Below are positions 23,819 to 37,079 of a DNA stretch of 64,000 nt, one piece after another. The notes under the pieces were generated by a model. It was not told where the DNA came from and did no database searches. It was given only the letters and a program-made list of their open reading frames with translations. Every line of letters begins with the position of its first letter. Position 1 is the stretch's first letter. The DNA is taken from the NCBI RefSeq assembly GCF_001194135.2, contig NC_068998.1, positions 11,536,034-11,600,033 of the forward strand, given 5' to 3'. Position numbers and translations under genes: made by a program. The DNA comes from Octopus bimaculoides (lineage: Eukaryota).

Positions 23819-26430
23819 TGAATGAGAAACAAAAAACAAAAACAAAAAAAAAATCAAACAAAAAAAAACAAACAAACAAAACAAACTCACTAACAGATTG
23901 GAAAAGGGAATGAGATGTTGATAGAGTGCAATCAATATTGTAACGATCCATATGAATATTGGCACAGATACATATTGCCGCTGCTTCTATCTGACATTAT
24001 TTACAGTTAGGGAAAAGTTCAACAGGTCGTGTAAACCTCGTTGAATATCCATGCGTTTTTATATGTATATGTTTGTGAACTCAATTATTAATTTCATTCA
24101 GATTATTCAATTACCTTTTTTTTTTTTTTATCTAGACAAATTATTTTAAAAAATAAATTAAAACCTTAACTATCTATATAATTTATGAATTTATTGTTTT
24201 TGTTTGTTTATTTTTTTTTTCCTTTTAAAAATAAATTAATTTTTCCATTGGTTATATTTTACATTAGATACTTCCATGTTTTCACTCACACACACAGACA
24301 GACAATCACATACACACACACACACACATATACTCCCATACACGCAGATACACTCACTCTTTTGTTTAAAACTTTATGAACACATGACTAGTTTTTATCA
24401 ATGATATTTACTGAACTTTTGAAAGTAGACACCTTCTTTTTGTTATCAGTTACTTTTTAATTTAATCTTAAACTTGATCAGTTTGTTTTTCAGTGATTAC
24501 AAAGTAGCTGAGTTGTAAAACATATTTTCTTTCTTTCTTTACCGTTTTTTTTTTTTTTTTACTTTCTCTCTCTGTTGTTCTGTTAGGTTTCAAATTTAGT
24601 TCAATTTAAATCAGAATATATTGTTGATAATATTTACTACAATTAGAACAAGTCAGTCTACTGAAAACTTTAGTATTTACTTAATACTGAGTTTTTTTTT
24701 CTTTCTCATTTTCTTTCGGTACAAAGTAAGCAAATCTGAAGGCGAACAGATATTGCTTGTTTCTGTTTTTCCTATTATTTTTTTACTTTTTTTAATTTTT
24801 TTTATTAAATATATGACTTATCTTTATTCCTTTTGAAAAGAGCATGAATACAAGAGAAACCCAGAGAATCAGTTCTTCTATGCCACCATTCTGTCACGGT
24901 TTTATCACTTTCCAGTCCATTTTCCACATCTGTAATTTTTTCGCAATAGGACAGATTTTTGTCTGACTGAAATTTAAATAATCTTCCAAGATAACAAACA
25001 AGATAGATTTTCAGAGGGAGCCTATTTCTGGTGCAGTCTGCTCTCAGAATCTACTTCTCTAAGATCCAATTTATTTATATTGTCTTGTTTAGTGAAAAAG
25101 ACTGCCACAATCACTCATCGACCACTGTTCCATCTTCAGTGTCCCTAATCTTCCCCAATTACCAACATCCAGATGTTTAAAAAGCCAGTAAGTGTTATGG
25201 CTAGTTCTTGACACTTGAGGCCAGGCTCTCCAAAACTTTGTAGTACTAGATGTTGTTTAGTTAACTTTTACCTATTTTTACTGTTAATGAGGTTAATATC
25301 TGTATATTGTCAGTATTTTAGAACTGAATGCATTAATTATAAAATACATCAGATTAATGTTAATGTTGTATGTTTCAAAAAGAAAAAAAAATCTCCTTAT
25401 TCAAATTGTAGATTTTCAGTGAATCTAAAATTAACGAACTTTGAAAGATTAGCAGATTGTTTACTAATGACGATGAGATCAAATCTTTTTTTTTTTTTTT
25501 TTGTTGGACATCATTTTACAACATATCTCTAATTAATAAGGGTAATTATTTCACTATGTGGAATCAATTTTTTCCCTTCAAGTTTGTAACTTATTTATTT
25601 ATTTGTTTGTTTATTTATTTATTATTATTTTTTTTTTCAAATTTTTGCTGCATTTTTCTGGTGTTCTAACTGTGACTTGACTTGTTCAACTTTTACTGAA
25701 AAACTAGTCAACTGTTAATTGCTCGGGTTCCCAGACAATCTATTGTTGCTCTATTTCTCAATGTTTTGCAACTTATTTGGAATGAGGAGAGTGTGAGAAA
25801 AAAGACACAAAGTGAGAGAGAGATAGAGAGAGAGTGTGTGTGTGAGCAAGTGAGAGAGAGAAAAAGAGGAGTTAATTGCAGCTACATTTGAATGAAGCAA
25901 TCATAACTAATTATGAGAAACTAATGTTGTTCAATATTTCAATTGACTGTTAATGGAAAATGTTATTTCTTTTTTTTTTTCTTCTTCTTCTTCTTCTTGC
26001 ATCCATCTAATTCAGTAATTTTATCATCGGTGAAGAGCGAAAAATCAAACCAGATTTTTTTAAGCAACTCTGCTGTTTGATACATACAATGTTTATTAAA
26101 AATTTTATTTTAATTAATTGCAACATTTGTTCATATCTGATGTATTTGTTAAGAGAGTTTTTTTTGTTACATGTTTGTTTGTTTGTTTGTTTTGTTTTTC
26201 TTTGTTGTTTTTTGTTTTTTGTTTTTGTTTTCTTTTTCTTCCTTTTGCTATCCATTATTTTGGGAAACCCCCATTATCATCCTGCGCTGTTGATCCCATG
26301 TTCTGGCCATCATAAATGACAATAATAATAATAATAATAATAATAATAATCTTCATGACTGATTGCAATCATTTTAATCACTGTCATGTATATTAGAAAG
26401 GTGAAATAAATATTGTGAGTGTTTAGTGTT
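23819..26430 (+). other. AP1M1: Probable long 3' UTR of AP1M1
   Basis: U-rich tract with no SINE/LINE copy that I can recognise until 26724. AATAAA at 26405-26410 is followed by GT-rich sequence. The end point is inferred. Confidence 0.5.
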
Positions 26431-26723
26431 AGTTTCTCGCTCAATTACTGTCTTACCGATATCAGTTAACTGCATTTATCCCATTGTTTCAGTCTGTCTT
26501 CTTTCTGCATAGTTCCAGATGGCCTGTGAATGAAACTGATACGTGTTCTAAAGAATATAATATAACTAAATGAAAACGTTCTTTTGTAATTACTGATTAA
26601 TCGTTTTTGTTACTGTATTTCTGTTGAAATATATTGTCTTTATTTCGATTATTTTTAATTACCGTTTTTTTTTTTTTTTAATACTGAATGATATAGTAAA
26701 ATATCTCGTTATCAATCTGCTGT

Positions 26724-26945
26724 AAGGTGCTGAGCTGTCACAATCGTTAGCATGTCGGGCGAAATGCTTAGCAGCATTTCGTCTGTCTTTAGATTCTGAG
26801 TTCAAATTCCGCCGAGGTTGACTTTGTTTTTCATCCTTTCGGGGTCAATAAATTAAGTACCAGTGAAACGCTGGGGGTCGATGTAATTGACTAGTCTCGT
26901 TCCCTCAAATTTCAGGCCTTGTGCCTTGAGTAGAAAGGATTACTA
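26724..26945 (+). mobile_element. tRNA-derived SINE, family 3 (GGTGAGCTGGCAGAA head)
   Basis: B box GAGTTCAAATTCC, body GGTCGACTTTGCCTTTCATCCTTTCGGGGTC. Copies at about 20101-20324(-), 27183-27300, 31588-31750, 44350-44540(-), 46365-46580(-), 54703-54820 and 61514-61600. Confidence 0.85.
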
Positions 26946-27674
26946 ATCTGCTGTTTAACCCTTCAGTATTTAGATTACTCTGTCAAGTGTGATGCTTGTT
27001 GTTTTGAACTAATCATGCAGGAACATGTAGCTTCAAGATTTTGACGGAAGTGATTGTTTATTTTTAGAATAACATTGTAGGGTAAGTGTGAGAGGCTGAA
27101 TCTGGCCAGTTTAAACATATAAGAAGGTAGAATATTTGGGCCTGATATGGCCTGAATAAATAAATGCTAATAGGTTAGAGCAGTGAGCTGGCAGAATCAT
27201 TAGCATGCCGGGCAAAATGCTCAGAAGCATTTTATCCGTCTTTACGTTCTGAGTTCAAATTCCGCTGATGCTGACTTTGCTTTTCATCCTTTTGGGTTGG
27301 CTAAAACAAGTATCTGGTATTAAGAAGGGCATGCAGCTATAGAAACCAAGTCAAAACAGACTATGGAACCTGGTGTGACCCCTGGCCTTAGCAGTTCCTG
27401 TCAAGCCGTATATCTGTTCCCAAGTAAGGTATTTCCCCATCACCAAGGCATGTTTTCATGGAAGGTTGAAAATGGACACTACTTGCAGGATGATGGCACA
27501 CATTTACAACTCGCACACAATGTCAAGACAAAAACACACACATATATATGCAAGAAGCCCATTGAATGAATGAATGAATGAATGTGTGTGTGTGTGTCAC
27601 ATACTCATGTATATATATATATGTAATATATGCAAGAAACCCACTGAATGAATGTGTGTGTTTGTGTATATCAT

Positions 27675-27705
<31 letters not shown>

Positions 27706-28975
27706 CATACACACATACATATATATATATANNNNNNNNNNNNNNNNNNNNNNNNNNNNNNNNNNNNNNNNNNNNNNNNNNNNNNNNNNNNNNNNNNNNN
27801 NNNNNNNNNNNNNNNNNNNNNNNNNNNNNNNNNNNNNNNNNNNNNNNNNNNNNNNNNNNNNNNNNNNNNNNNNNNNNNNNNNNNNNNNNNNNNNNNNNNN
27901 NNNNNNNNNNNNNNNNNNNNNNNNNNNNNNNNNNNNNNNNNNNNNNNNNNNNNNNNNNNNNNNNNNNNNNNNNNNNNNNNNNNNNNNNNNNNNNNNNNNN
28001 NNNNNNNNNNNNNNNNNNNNNNNNNNNNNNNNNNNNNNNNNNNNNNNNNNNNNNNNNNNNNNNNNNNNNNNNNNNNNNNNNNNNNNNNNNNNNNNNNNNN
28101 NNNNNNNNNNNNNNNNNNNNNNNNNNNNNNNNNNNNNNNNNNNNNNNNNNNNNNNNNNNNNNNNNNNNNNNNNNNNNNNNNNNNNNNNNNNNNNNNNNNN
28201 NNNNNNNNNNNNNNNNNNNNNNNNNNNNNNNNNNNNNNNNNNNNNNNNNNNNNNNNNNNNNNNNNNNNNNNNNNNNNNNNNNNNNNNNNNNNNNNNNNNN
28301 NNNNNNNNNNNNNNNNNNNNNNNGGGTTGTGTGATCTAGGATGCTTTATTTGTGTGTATGGATGTGTATATCAACAGCACTATCTCTTATAAGTGAGCAA
28401 TATTGACTTTTACGTGAAATGAAAGCACATGGCTTAGCGATAAAAGTGTTTGGCTCGTGATCACCAGGTCATGGCTTCAAAACCCTGCATTGCATTGAGT
28501 CCTTGAGCAAGGCACTTTATTCAATATAGCTTCAATCTACTAAGATGAAAATGAGTACCAGCTGCAGCAACTGGAGGATAACCTTGTAGAGTGTGAGACG
28601 TGTTGGCACAGCCATTTTGGCGCCGCCCATTTGGCATCACTGATTCAATGCTGACTCATTTGACATCAGATACATTAAAGTTTCTCTCATTCTCTTCCTC
28701 TCCACTATCTCTCTTTCTCTCTCTCTCTCTCTCACATGCTCTTTTTATATGTCTGAGTATATCTCTCTTTATGTGTATGAGAAGAGAGAAAGTGTTCATG
28801 TAAACTATATTCATTTAATAAACTGTAATCTTTGTCTCTCTCTCTTTCAATCTGTATGCGTATATTTCTACATGCATGTGTATTTGTCTTCAGTGGCAAA
28901 AAGTACTGTTGCCGAAACAATAAGCCATGTCCACACAGCTGTGCCTAATTGCCTCATTCTGATAGTGTGGTATTC

Positions 28976-29105
28976 TACAGGGTTGTCCACAAAGTTTGGG
29001 TACATGGGGATTAACACATACTTTAAGAAATTATTATTTCTTATATTTAATTGTTTGTTATGATTTTATTTACTCCATGTACCCAGACCTTGTGGACACC
29101 CTGTA
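28976..29105. mobile_element. 130-bp Tc1/mariner-type MITE
   Basis: TA-CAGGGTTGTCCACAAAGTTTGGGTACATGG ... CCATGTACCCAGACCTTGTGGACACCCTG-TA inverted termini. Confidence 0.85.
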
Positions 29106-29929
29106 GTATCCTGTTGAAGAGAGAGTCTTGAACTCTCAATTGCTTATATCCCTCCTATACTTTAAAAAACCATATTAAGTTCACTCCAACCTCTTGATCT
29201 GGTACACGCAATACATTTTAACTTTCTTTTTTAACTCTTTAACGTTTAGATTACTATTAAATGTAACGCTTATTTATTCACATTGTTTTGAATTAATCAT
29301 GCAGTAGTCATAGCTTTGAGATTTTGATGACGTGATTGTTTATTTTTAGCATGACATTGTAGGGTACGTGTAAAATTCAAAGTATTCTCAATGATTACTA
29401 TAGACGTTATGGGGCTACATATCTGCTGCAACCTGATGGCAGTCTATTGCTGTGGGCAAGTAACAGCACTGTAAAGTTGACGAATGTTTCATTGGCTTAC
29501 AGTATGGAATTTATATCCTTTTATGGGGTCAAAGGGCAACAGGGAATCATTCCAGTGTAATTTTTCTTGATTTGTTGTTGTTTAGACTTAATCAGCTCTG
29601 ACTAAGCAAATCTGTGACTAAAGGAGTTCCAGCCATGTCTGTTATGTATTTGGCATATCTAAGACTACACTTTCCAGTGTCCTCTTTTCAAAACGACAGG
29701 GTATGATTCGAAGGAAAATTGGCTGTTATTTCTAGCACATCGAGTGACCACGTACAAGTTTCTTTGCTTGTGGAATATTTAATCGTCGGTAGTAATCGAA
29801 TGACTTTATTGTATATTATGAGAGCTACTATCCTACCCAGGCTTGGATCCTATCAAATACACTATCCTGGAGAGAACTATCCAACCTCGTCTACAACGTC
29901 AACACAACATGGGGTGTAACAGTTACCGT

Positions 29930-30058
29930 ATATGAGTCATTGCTACAACTCGAACAACACCAGGACAGCCCACAAGTGCGGCTTGTGTGACAGAGACTGC
30001 CTTTCACACATCGGACTGTTCAGTCATGGACAACGCTGTTGTAGTAGGATGGACAGCC
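29930..30058 (+). mobile_element. RTE (BovB-like) LINE C-terminal zinc-finger end
   Basis: HKCGLCDRDCLSHIGLFSH..RC matches the CxxC...SxIGLxSHxRxC terminus of RTE ORFs. Confidence 0.75.
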
Positions 30059-30960
30059 TAAAGACAATGGACCACACCCGCTTTTTTTTTTTTTTTTTAC
30101 AGGAACCCACTATATTGAGTGCGAGATTCCGAATCTGCAAAACAATCTGCATTTCAAAATTTTAATCTCCACCACCCAATTTCTTAAATTTTCACTTTAA
30201 AAAGATTTTTTTGGCGAAATACGCAGAAAANNNNNNNNNNNNNNNNNNNNNNNNNNNNNNNNNNNNNNNNNNNNNNNNNNNNNNNNNNNNNNNNNNNNNN
30301 NNNNNNNNNNNNNNNNNNNNNNNNNNNNNNNNNNNNNNNNNNNNNNNNNNNNNNNNNNNNNNNNNNNNNNNNNNNNNNNNNNNNNNNNNNNNNNNNNNNN
30401 NNNNNNNNNNNNNNNNNNNNNNNNNNNNNNNNNNNNNNNNNNNNNNNNNNNNNNNNNNNNNNNNNNNNNNNNNNNNNNNNNNNNNNNNNNNNNNNNNNNN
30501 NNNNNNNNNNNNNNNNNNNNNNNNNNNNNNNNNNNNNNNNNNNNNNNNNNNNNNNNNNNNNNNNNNNNNNNNNNNNNNNNNNNNNNNNNNNNNNNNNNNN
30601 NNNNNNNNNNNNNNNNNNNNNNNNNNNNNNNNNNNNNNNNNNNNNNNNNNNNNNNNNNNNNNNNNNNNNNNNNNNNNNNNNNNNNNNNNNNNNNNNNNNN
30701 NNNNNNNNNNNNNNNNNNNNNNNNNNNNNNNNNNNNNNNNNNNNNNNNNNAAATTTTACAGAATTTTTTTTTCAAAACCATAATCTCCGTATTTTTCTAC
30801 GTATTTCGCAAAAAAAAAAAACTTCTTAAAAAAGTGAAAATCTAAGAAATTAAATTTTGAAATGCAGATTTTTTTTGCAGATTCAGAATCTCCGCACTCG
30901 ATAAAAAAAATTAAAAAAAAAAAAAACCAATCCCAAAGCGGGTGCGGTCAATTGTCTTTA
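30059..30960. mobile_element. Foldback-type element with long inverted arms, centre in an N gap
   Basis: TAAAGACAAT..ACCCGCTTT and GAGTGC.GAGATTC.GAATCTGCAAAA..AATCTGCATTTCAAAATTT blocks occur at 30059-30230 and reverse-complemented at 30780-30960. Confidence 0.8.
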
Positions 30961-33469
30961 CCTCCGCCCAGCCGTGACTGTAAATATGGTCATTTAATGA
31001 CAGACGGAGGTCTCAGAGACGAGACGTGCAAGCCATGGCAGTTGTCTCCCTTGTGTATGACATTGTTCTCAGTTCTTGCGTGTCCGGTTCGAAGTCTTAA
31101 CGTAAATACATTAAATTTGAAGTCATTCTTCACGAACTGATATAAATCTTCTGCTCTTATCCTAATGGCAGATTCTCTTTACTCTGCATCGTTTATTTCA
31201 GTTATATTTGGTTTCCTCACCTCATTAACAAATGAAATGGTGTTTTGTCTTGCATTCACTGAAAAATTATTTCTCTGGTATCAATTACAGAAGTGAAAGC
31301 GCGTGGTTTAGTGGTTATGGTGTTGCATTCACGATCACAAGATCGTAGTTTCGATTCCTGGACCAAGTGATGCACTGTGTTCATGAACAAAACGCTACAT
31401 CCTTCGAGACTTTCTTGCTTCCTGAATTTTGCCGACAGTAGTACACCCGATGCTCTCTCGCATGTTTTTTTAAAGACATTCACTTCCTGTGCATATTCTA
31501 TGTACCGTTCATGTAGTTTTGGTTACATTTTTTTCTGGTGAGCTGTAGTGCACCTGGGTACTGTATACCATAAGCTCATTATTATTATGGCAGAACCGTT
31601 AGCACTCTGGACGAAATGCACAGTAGTATTTCGTCCGTTGCTACGTTCTGAGTTCAAATTCTGCTGAGGTCGACTTTGCCTTTCATCCTTTCGGGATCAA
31701 TGAAATAAGTACCAGTTACGCACTGGATCGACGTAATCGACTAGTCCCCTCAAAATGCTAGAATAAATGCCACAACATTCTTTGATCAATGTTTTAACAA
31801 CTGCCAATTCATGAATCAATGAATTAAATGCCAGTACTAAACCGTAATTAATTATATAGTAGATTTTGCTCCAACAAATTCACTAATCTAACAATAATTC
31901 ACTTTATTGTTATATTTCAGGAAGGTCGTTTATTTTCTTGCCACATAAACACACACGCTTATTTATTATTGTTCTTATTTTATGTTATGTAATAAAATGG
32001 TATAACATAAAATAAGAACAATAATAAAGTAAAAGACAAGTATATATAGTGTGTGTTTATTTGGCAAGGAAAAAAAAATACCGTCTTGAAATATAACAAT
32101 ATTTTTTTCAACACACAATTTCACATCAAGAATCTTCCAACACAAACTCATAAATGTTTTCTTTATTTTTTTTAATCAAATTTGATAAATTTGATGGTGC
32201 CAAGTTAAAAGTACTCAATACACTCTGTGAAGTGGTTGGCATTAGGAAGGGCATCCAGCTGTAGAAACTATGCCAAAACAGGCTATGGAAAATGGACATT
32301 AAGTGTTGATAATGATGCATAATTTCATCTTCTTCCTCCTCATTATTTTAATACCCACTTTTCTATGCTCGCATGGGTCAGACAGAATTTGTCAAGGCAG
32401 ATTTTCTATGGCCAGATGCATTTCTTGCCACCAACGGAGGCAAAGTAGCTGAGTTCCTTTCGAATGTTGGGCTTCATGGAGGCAATATCCAAGACCTTTG
32501 GCATTATGTCATGCTTGAAGAAAAGACCCATCAAGCTGAGCAAAATTGCAGTCATGGCAGATACCAGTGGCACATAAACACAATCCAGTGTCACGCAAAT
32601 GGCATCCATGCTGGTGGCACGTAAAAACACCCATTACACTCTCAGAGTGGTTGGTGTTAAGAAGGGCATCCAGCTGTAGAAAACCATGCCAAATCAGACT
32701 GGAGTCTGGTGCAGCCTTCCAGCGTGCCAGCTCTGGTCAGACAATCCAACCCATGCCAGCATGGACAACAAACGTTAAATGAGGATCATGAAACCACAAC
32801 CGTTTCCAAGCAAGGCCAGATATGTTTACCATACAAGACTGGAAACTTCTGATACTCAGAACCATCATGTGACTTCAAGACCAGAGAACATACACACACA
32901 CATATGGCAAAACAAGTGAGAGTTGGTGACTGGGAAGGCATCTGACCATAGAAAATCTACCTCGACAAATTAGATATATTTATACAATGGGCTTCTTTCA
33001 ATTTCTGTCTACCAAATTCACTCGCAAGGTTTTCGTGGACTTGGAATTACAGTAGAAAATACCTGCTCAAGGTGCTGTGCAGTGGGACTGAACCTAACAC
33101 CCAATGGTTGGTAAGCAAGCTTCTTAACCACACAGTCTCACCAGCACCTAAGAGGGGTATGATATTCAAGACTTTCCCAAAGACAATGAGTGAAAGAAAA
33201 TGGTTACAACTGAGAATAAATGTCACATATTCAGCTTTCCAAGAGCTGATATGGGTTGAAGGGTATGTCACAGTCCAAGATGGTTGTTATTTGGTGTCAT
33301 TCCTAGACATGTCATGGTAATAGGTACAGATATGGTTAAGAACTTTGCTTCCCAACCCATTGGTATCAGGTTCAATCTTATAGTATGGCACATAAAGCAA
33401 GTGTCTTATATTCTAATCCTGGGCCCGATCAAAGCATTGTGAGTGGTCAATCTTCTTCACCAGGGGCCT

Positions 33470-33935
33470 TAAGACTTCTACGATGGAGTACAGGTCTTCT
33501 TGAGTACACCAAAGCATCAGGTGTCTCGGTCCTTTGTCATCTCATCTAAAAGGTTCAGCATCCTGAGATTGTTCTTCAGTACTTTGTCCCATGTCTTCCT
33601 GGGTCTCTCGCTTATACATGTTGCAGCTACTTTGAGAGATCAACACTTCTTTATGGAGCTGATGGAATCTATCGACATCACATGACCAAACCAGCAGTCT
33701 TCTCTCTTGCGTATTGCATCTAATTCCTCTTATGTCTAACTTCTCTCTCAATACACCAGCACTCTGTCAAACATGTACACTTACATTACACATCCAGCGG
33801 ATCATACAAACCTAATTTCTCTCTAACCTTTGCATTCAGGGTCCACTATCATGTAGAATTGCTGTCTGTATACATGCATTGTACAATCTTCCTTTCATAG
33901 CCAAAAAAGGTAAAAGCTCTCTGATTTCCTCCATA
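33470..33935 (-). mobile_element. RTE-clade LINE 3' ORF fragment
   Basis: REKLDIRGIRCNTQERRL, ..RPRKTWDKVLKNNLRMLNL and MIRWMCNV are typical RTE RT C-terminal motifs. Confidence 0.8.
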
Positions 33936-34489
33936 TATATGTATGTATGTATTGGTGGAAGATGTAAACATCAACTAGAAAACCAATAAACTGATGCTTT
34001 CAAATAATGAAGTCCCTTGTGATATGTTCTACCCAGGTTGTGCAATCAAACCCTTGTCATCTTTGCAATTGAAAACGTTACAAACCAGAGGTTGGCCTGT
34101 TGGAAACATATAACCAATGATGCTATGGTTGCTGACAAAATGTGATATCAAATAAATTCCAGTTGAATAAAATGTTTGCATATCCTACTCTTTCATCTTC
34201 ATCATTACTCTAGATATTTGCTTTCACTCTTGCTGTGAAATGGTTAAACCAGATGTGGATCTAAAAATTTAGACTTTAGAAGTTGCCGTTGAGCAGGAAA
34301 AAAACCCAATGGATTGATGAGCCGATAAGAGAAACTTTATGCAGTCACTAGATCTGCTAAAACAATTAAATCTCTCTTAAGTTATAACTTACAGTAAAAA
34401 AGTACAAAAGAAAAAAAATACCCTGGACAATGCTGTCCGAGGTACACTATGCCTGAAAATTAAATGACATGGTCATGGCTGAAATGCCT

Positions 34490-34935
34490 TTAACTCTTTC
34501 ACATTTAAACTGGTCATATTTGACCCAAAATATCTACCTGTTTTGTGTTCAAATCAGCTAATTCTGGCCTCTTAAACCTATCCTACAATATCATTCTAAA
34601 AATAAATCACATCACTGAAATTTCAAAGCTATGAGATAATGCGTGATTAATTCAAAACAAACTGAATAAATAAGCATTACATCTGACAGCAAACTGAATG
34701 CGAAATGGGTTAACACTTAAGCATTTAAACTAGTCATATCAGTCCCAAATAATCTGTTTTATGTTCAAACTGACAAGATCTGGTCTCTCACACTTTGCCC
34801 TACAATGTCATTCTAAAAATAAACAATTACAACATTGAAATCTTGAAGCTGCAAGATAATGCAGGATTAATTCAAAATAATGTGAATAAATAAGCATTGC
34901 ATTTGACAGAGTAATCTAAATGCTGAAGTGGTTAA
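34490..34935 (+). mobile_element. Head-to-tail dimer of family A TTAA MITE
   Basis: Two ~222-bp units joined at a single TTAA (34710-34713). Confidence 0.75.
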
Positions 34936-35139
34936 CCAATAGATCTGCTCCAACACAGTTGATTTGGCATTAAATAACAACAGATGGATAAAAAAAAAAT
35001 TCTAAAATATTCCAAGCAATTTGTAATAGATATATAAATATTTCAACAATACTGGCAAAATATCACAACCTGAAAATATACAGAAGTAATTTTGCTTCTC
35101 AAACAATAATCTCAGGTCGAAAAAATATTTCGTTTAAAA

Positions 35140-35697
35140 CATTTATTTTTTCATTATTTCATTTCATTTTATCCCTTTTTTGCTTTTTTTTTTTTTTCAA
35201 TTTCTTTTTTTGCTTTTTTTTGGTCACTCATTGTTTGGAAAGTGCACTTTCTCCTTTTATTTTAGGCAGCTGGAAGTTGCAGATGAGTCATTAGATTAAA
35301 ATCTTTTTATTTGTTCCATTTAAGAAATATATATATATATATATATATANNNNNNNNNNNNNNNNNNNNNNNNNNNNNNNNNNNNNNNNNNNNNNNNNNN
35401 NNNNNNNNNNNNNNNNNNNNNNNNNNNNNNNNNNNNNNNNNNNNNNNNNNNNNNNNNNNNNNATTATACAAAAGGAATCATAAGATCATAGTTAAGGGTA
35501 GCAAGATATTTAGTATTTACACAATGGTCATTTGGTGTCTGTTACAGTCAACATTTCAATGGTTTTAGCAATAAATTGCAAATTAGAGTTCATATTTGTC
35601 ATATATACATATATACACATATATGTATATGTGTGCATATAGATAAGTGTGTGTGTGTGTGTATATATATGTATGTGAATATATGTGCGTGTGTATG

Positions 35698-35731
<34 letters not shown>

Positions 35732-36729
35732 GTGTGTGTGTTTGTATGCATATGTATGAATATAGGAAAGCAGTATAAATATAAATGATATATTTGACAT
35801 CAGTGATAAAGTTTCTTTGGGAAGGAGGGCTGGGGGATTAAAAACTCACGGTTGTATTTACGGAGGGTAAAATTGAAGAGAAAGATATAACAATTGGAGA
35901 TATCTACAAGAGCCCAAAAAAAAAAAAAAAAAAAAAANNNNNNNNNNNNNNNNNNNNNNNNNNNNNNNNNNNNNNNNNNNNNNNNNNNNNNNNNNNNNNN
36001 NNNNNNNNNNNNNNNNNNNNNNNNNNNNNNNNNNNNNNNNNNNNNNNNNNNNNNNNNNNNNNNNNNNNNNNNNNNNNNNNNNNNNNNNNNNNNNNNNNNN
36101 NNNNNNNNNNNNNNNNNNNNNNNNNNNNNNNNNNNNNNNNNNNNNNNNNNNNNNNNNNNNNNNNNNNNNNNNNNNNNNNNNNNNNNNNNNNNNNNNNNNN
36201 NNNNNNNNNNNNNNNNNNNNNNNNNNNNNNNNNNNNNNNNNNNNNNNNNNNNNNNNNNNNTTACTGCAATAAAAACTAGGCTGAGAAAGACATCAGAGCT
36301 CTAACAGCAGTAAACGAGGTGAAAGAGCTTGGGAAATGTTATTTTGTCTGAAGACTGAAACATTATCAAATATCTAATGGAATAGAAAATATTCAGAGAT
36401 AACATTATTAGCAAATATTTCATAATGATTTCATGAGGACAATGAAATCAAATATATATATATATATGTAAAAAAAAAAAAAAACTGGTTAATTTTGATT
36501 AAAACATACCTACACCAATACCTTGTTACATATATGGCAGAAAAAAAAATTAATACAGGGTTGATATATATATATGAATACACACATATATACATACATA
36601 TACATAAACACAGACACACACATATATAAATACACACACACACATATATACATACAAACATATAGACAGACACACACACATACACACATATATTCAAATA
36701 TATATACACATGCATATACACACACATTC

Positions 36730-36770
<41 letters not shown>

Positions 36771-36867
36771 TACATACTTATATATTATATAGCGGTTTGA
36801 CCCAGCTCCACATGAATTAAAGTTCCATGAGAATGTAGGACATGTCCATCACATCCGATGCCACGTG

Positions 36868-36906
<39 letters not shown>

Positions 36907-37079
36907 TATCTAAAGATACATATATATGTACGTACACACACATACATACATGGGTTAAATAACTAGTCAGAACAAGCAATCATTCTAGACATTTCCTTTT
37001 AATTGTTTTGGAATAAAGTGGGGTTTTAGGACCAATATTTAAGACTTTGTGTATGTTTAAAAGGTTGATATTTAAGACT
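35140..37079 (-). other. TOPORS: Probable 3' UTR of TOPORS
   Basis: Follows the stop at 37080. Minus-strand AATAAA at plus coordinates 35256-35261 and 35142-35147. Only microsatellites and gaps, no SINE, down to about 34935. Confidence 0.4.

Noticed and set aside
27578-30783. Long ORFs of 190-253 aa spanning N runs (also 8165-8530, 13143-13483, 35894-36304, 43498-43830, 54750-55249)
   Set aside because: Artefacts of translating assembly gaps and (TA)n/(CA)n tracts.
36348-36365. CTGAAGA-CT-GAAAC as a hammerhead core
   Set aside because: Only 2 nt between the motifs, with no stem I/III pairing or NUH.
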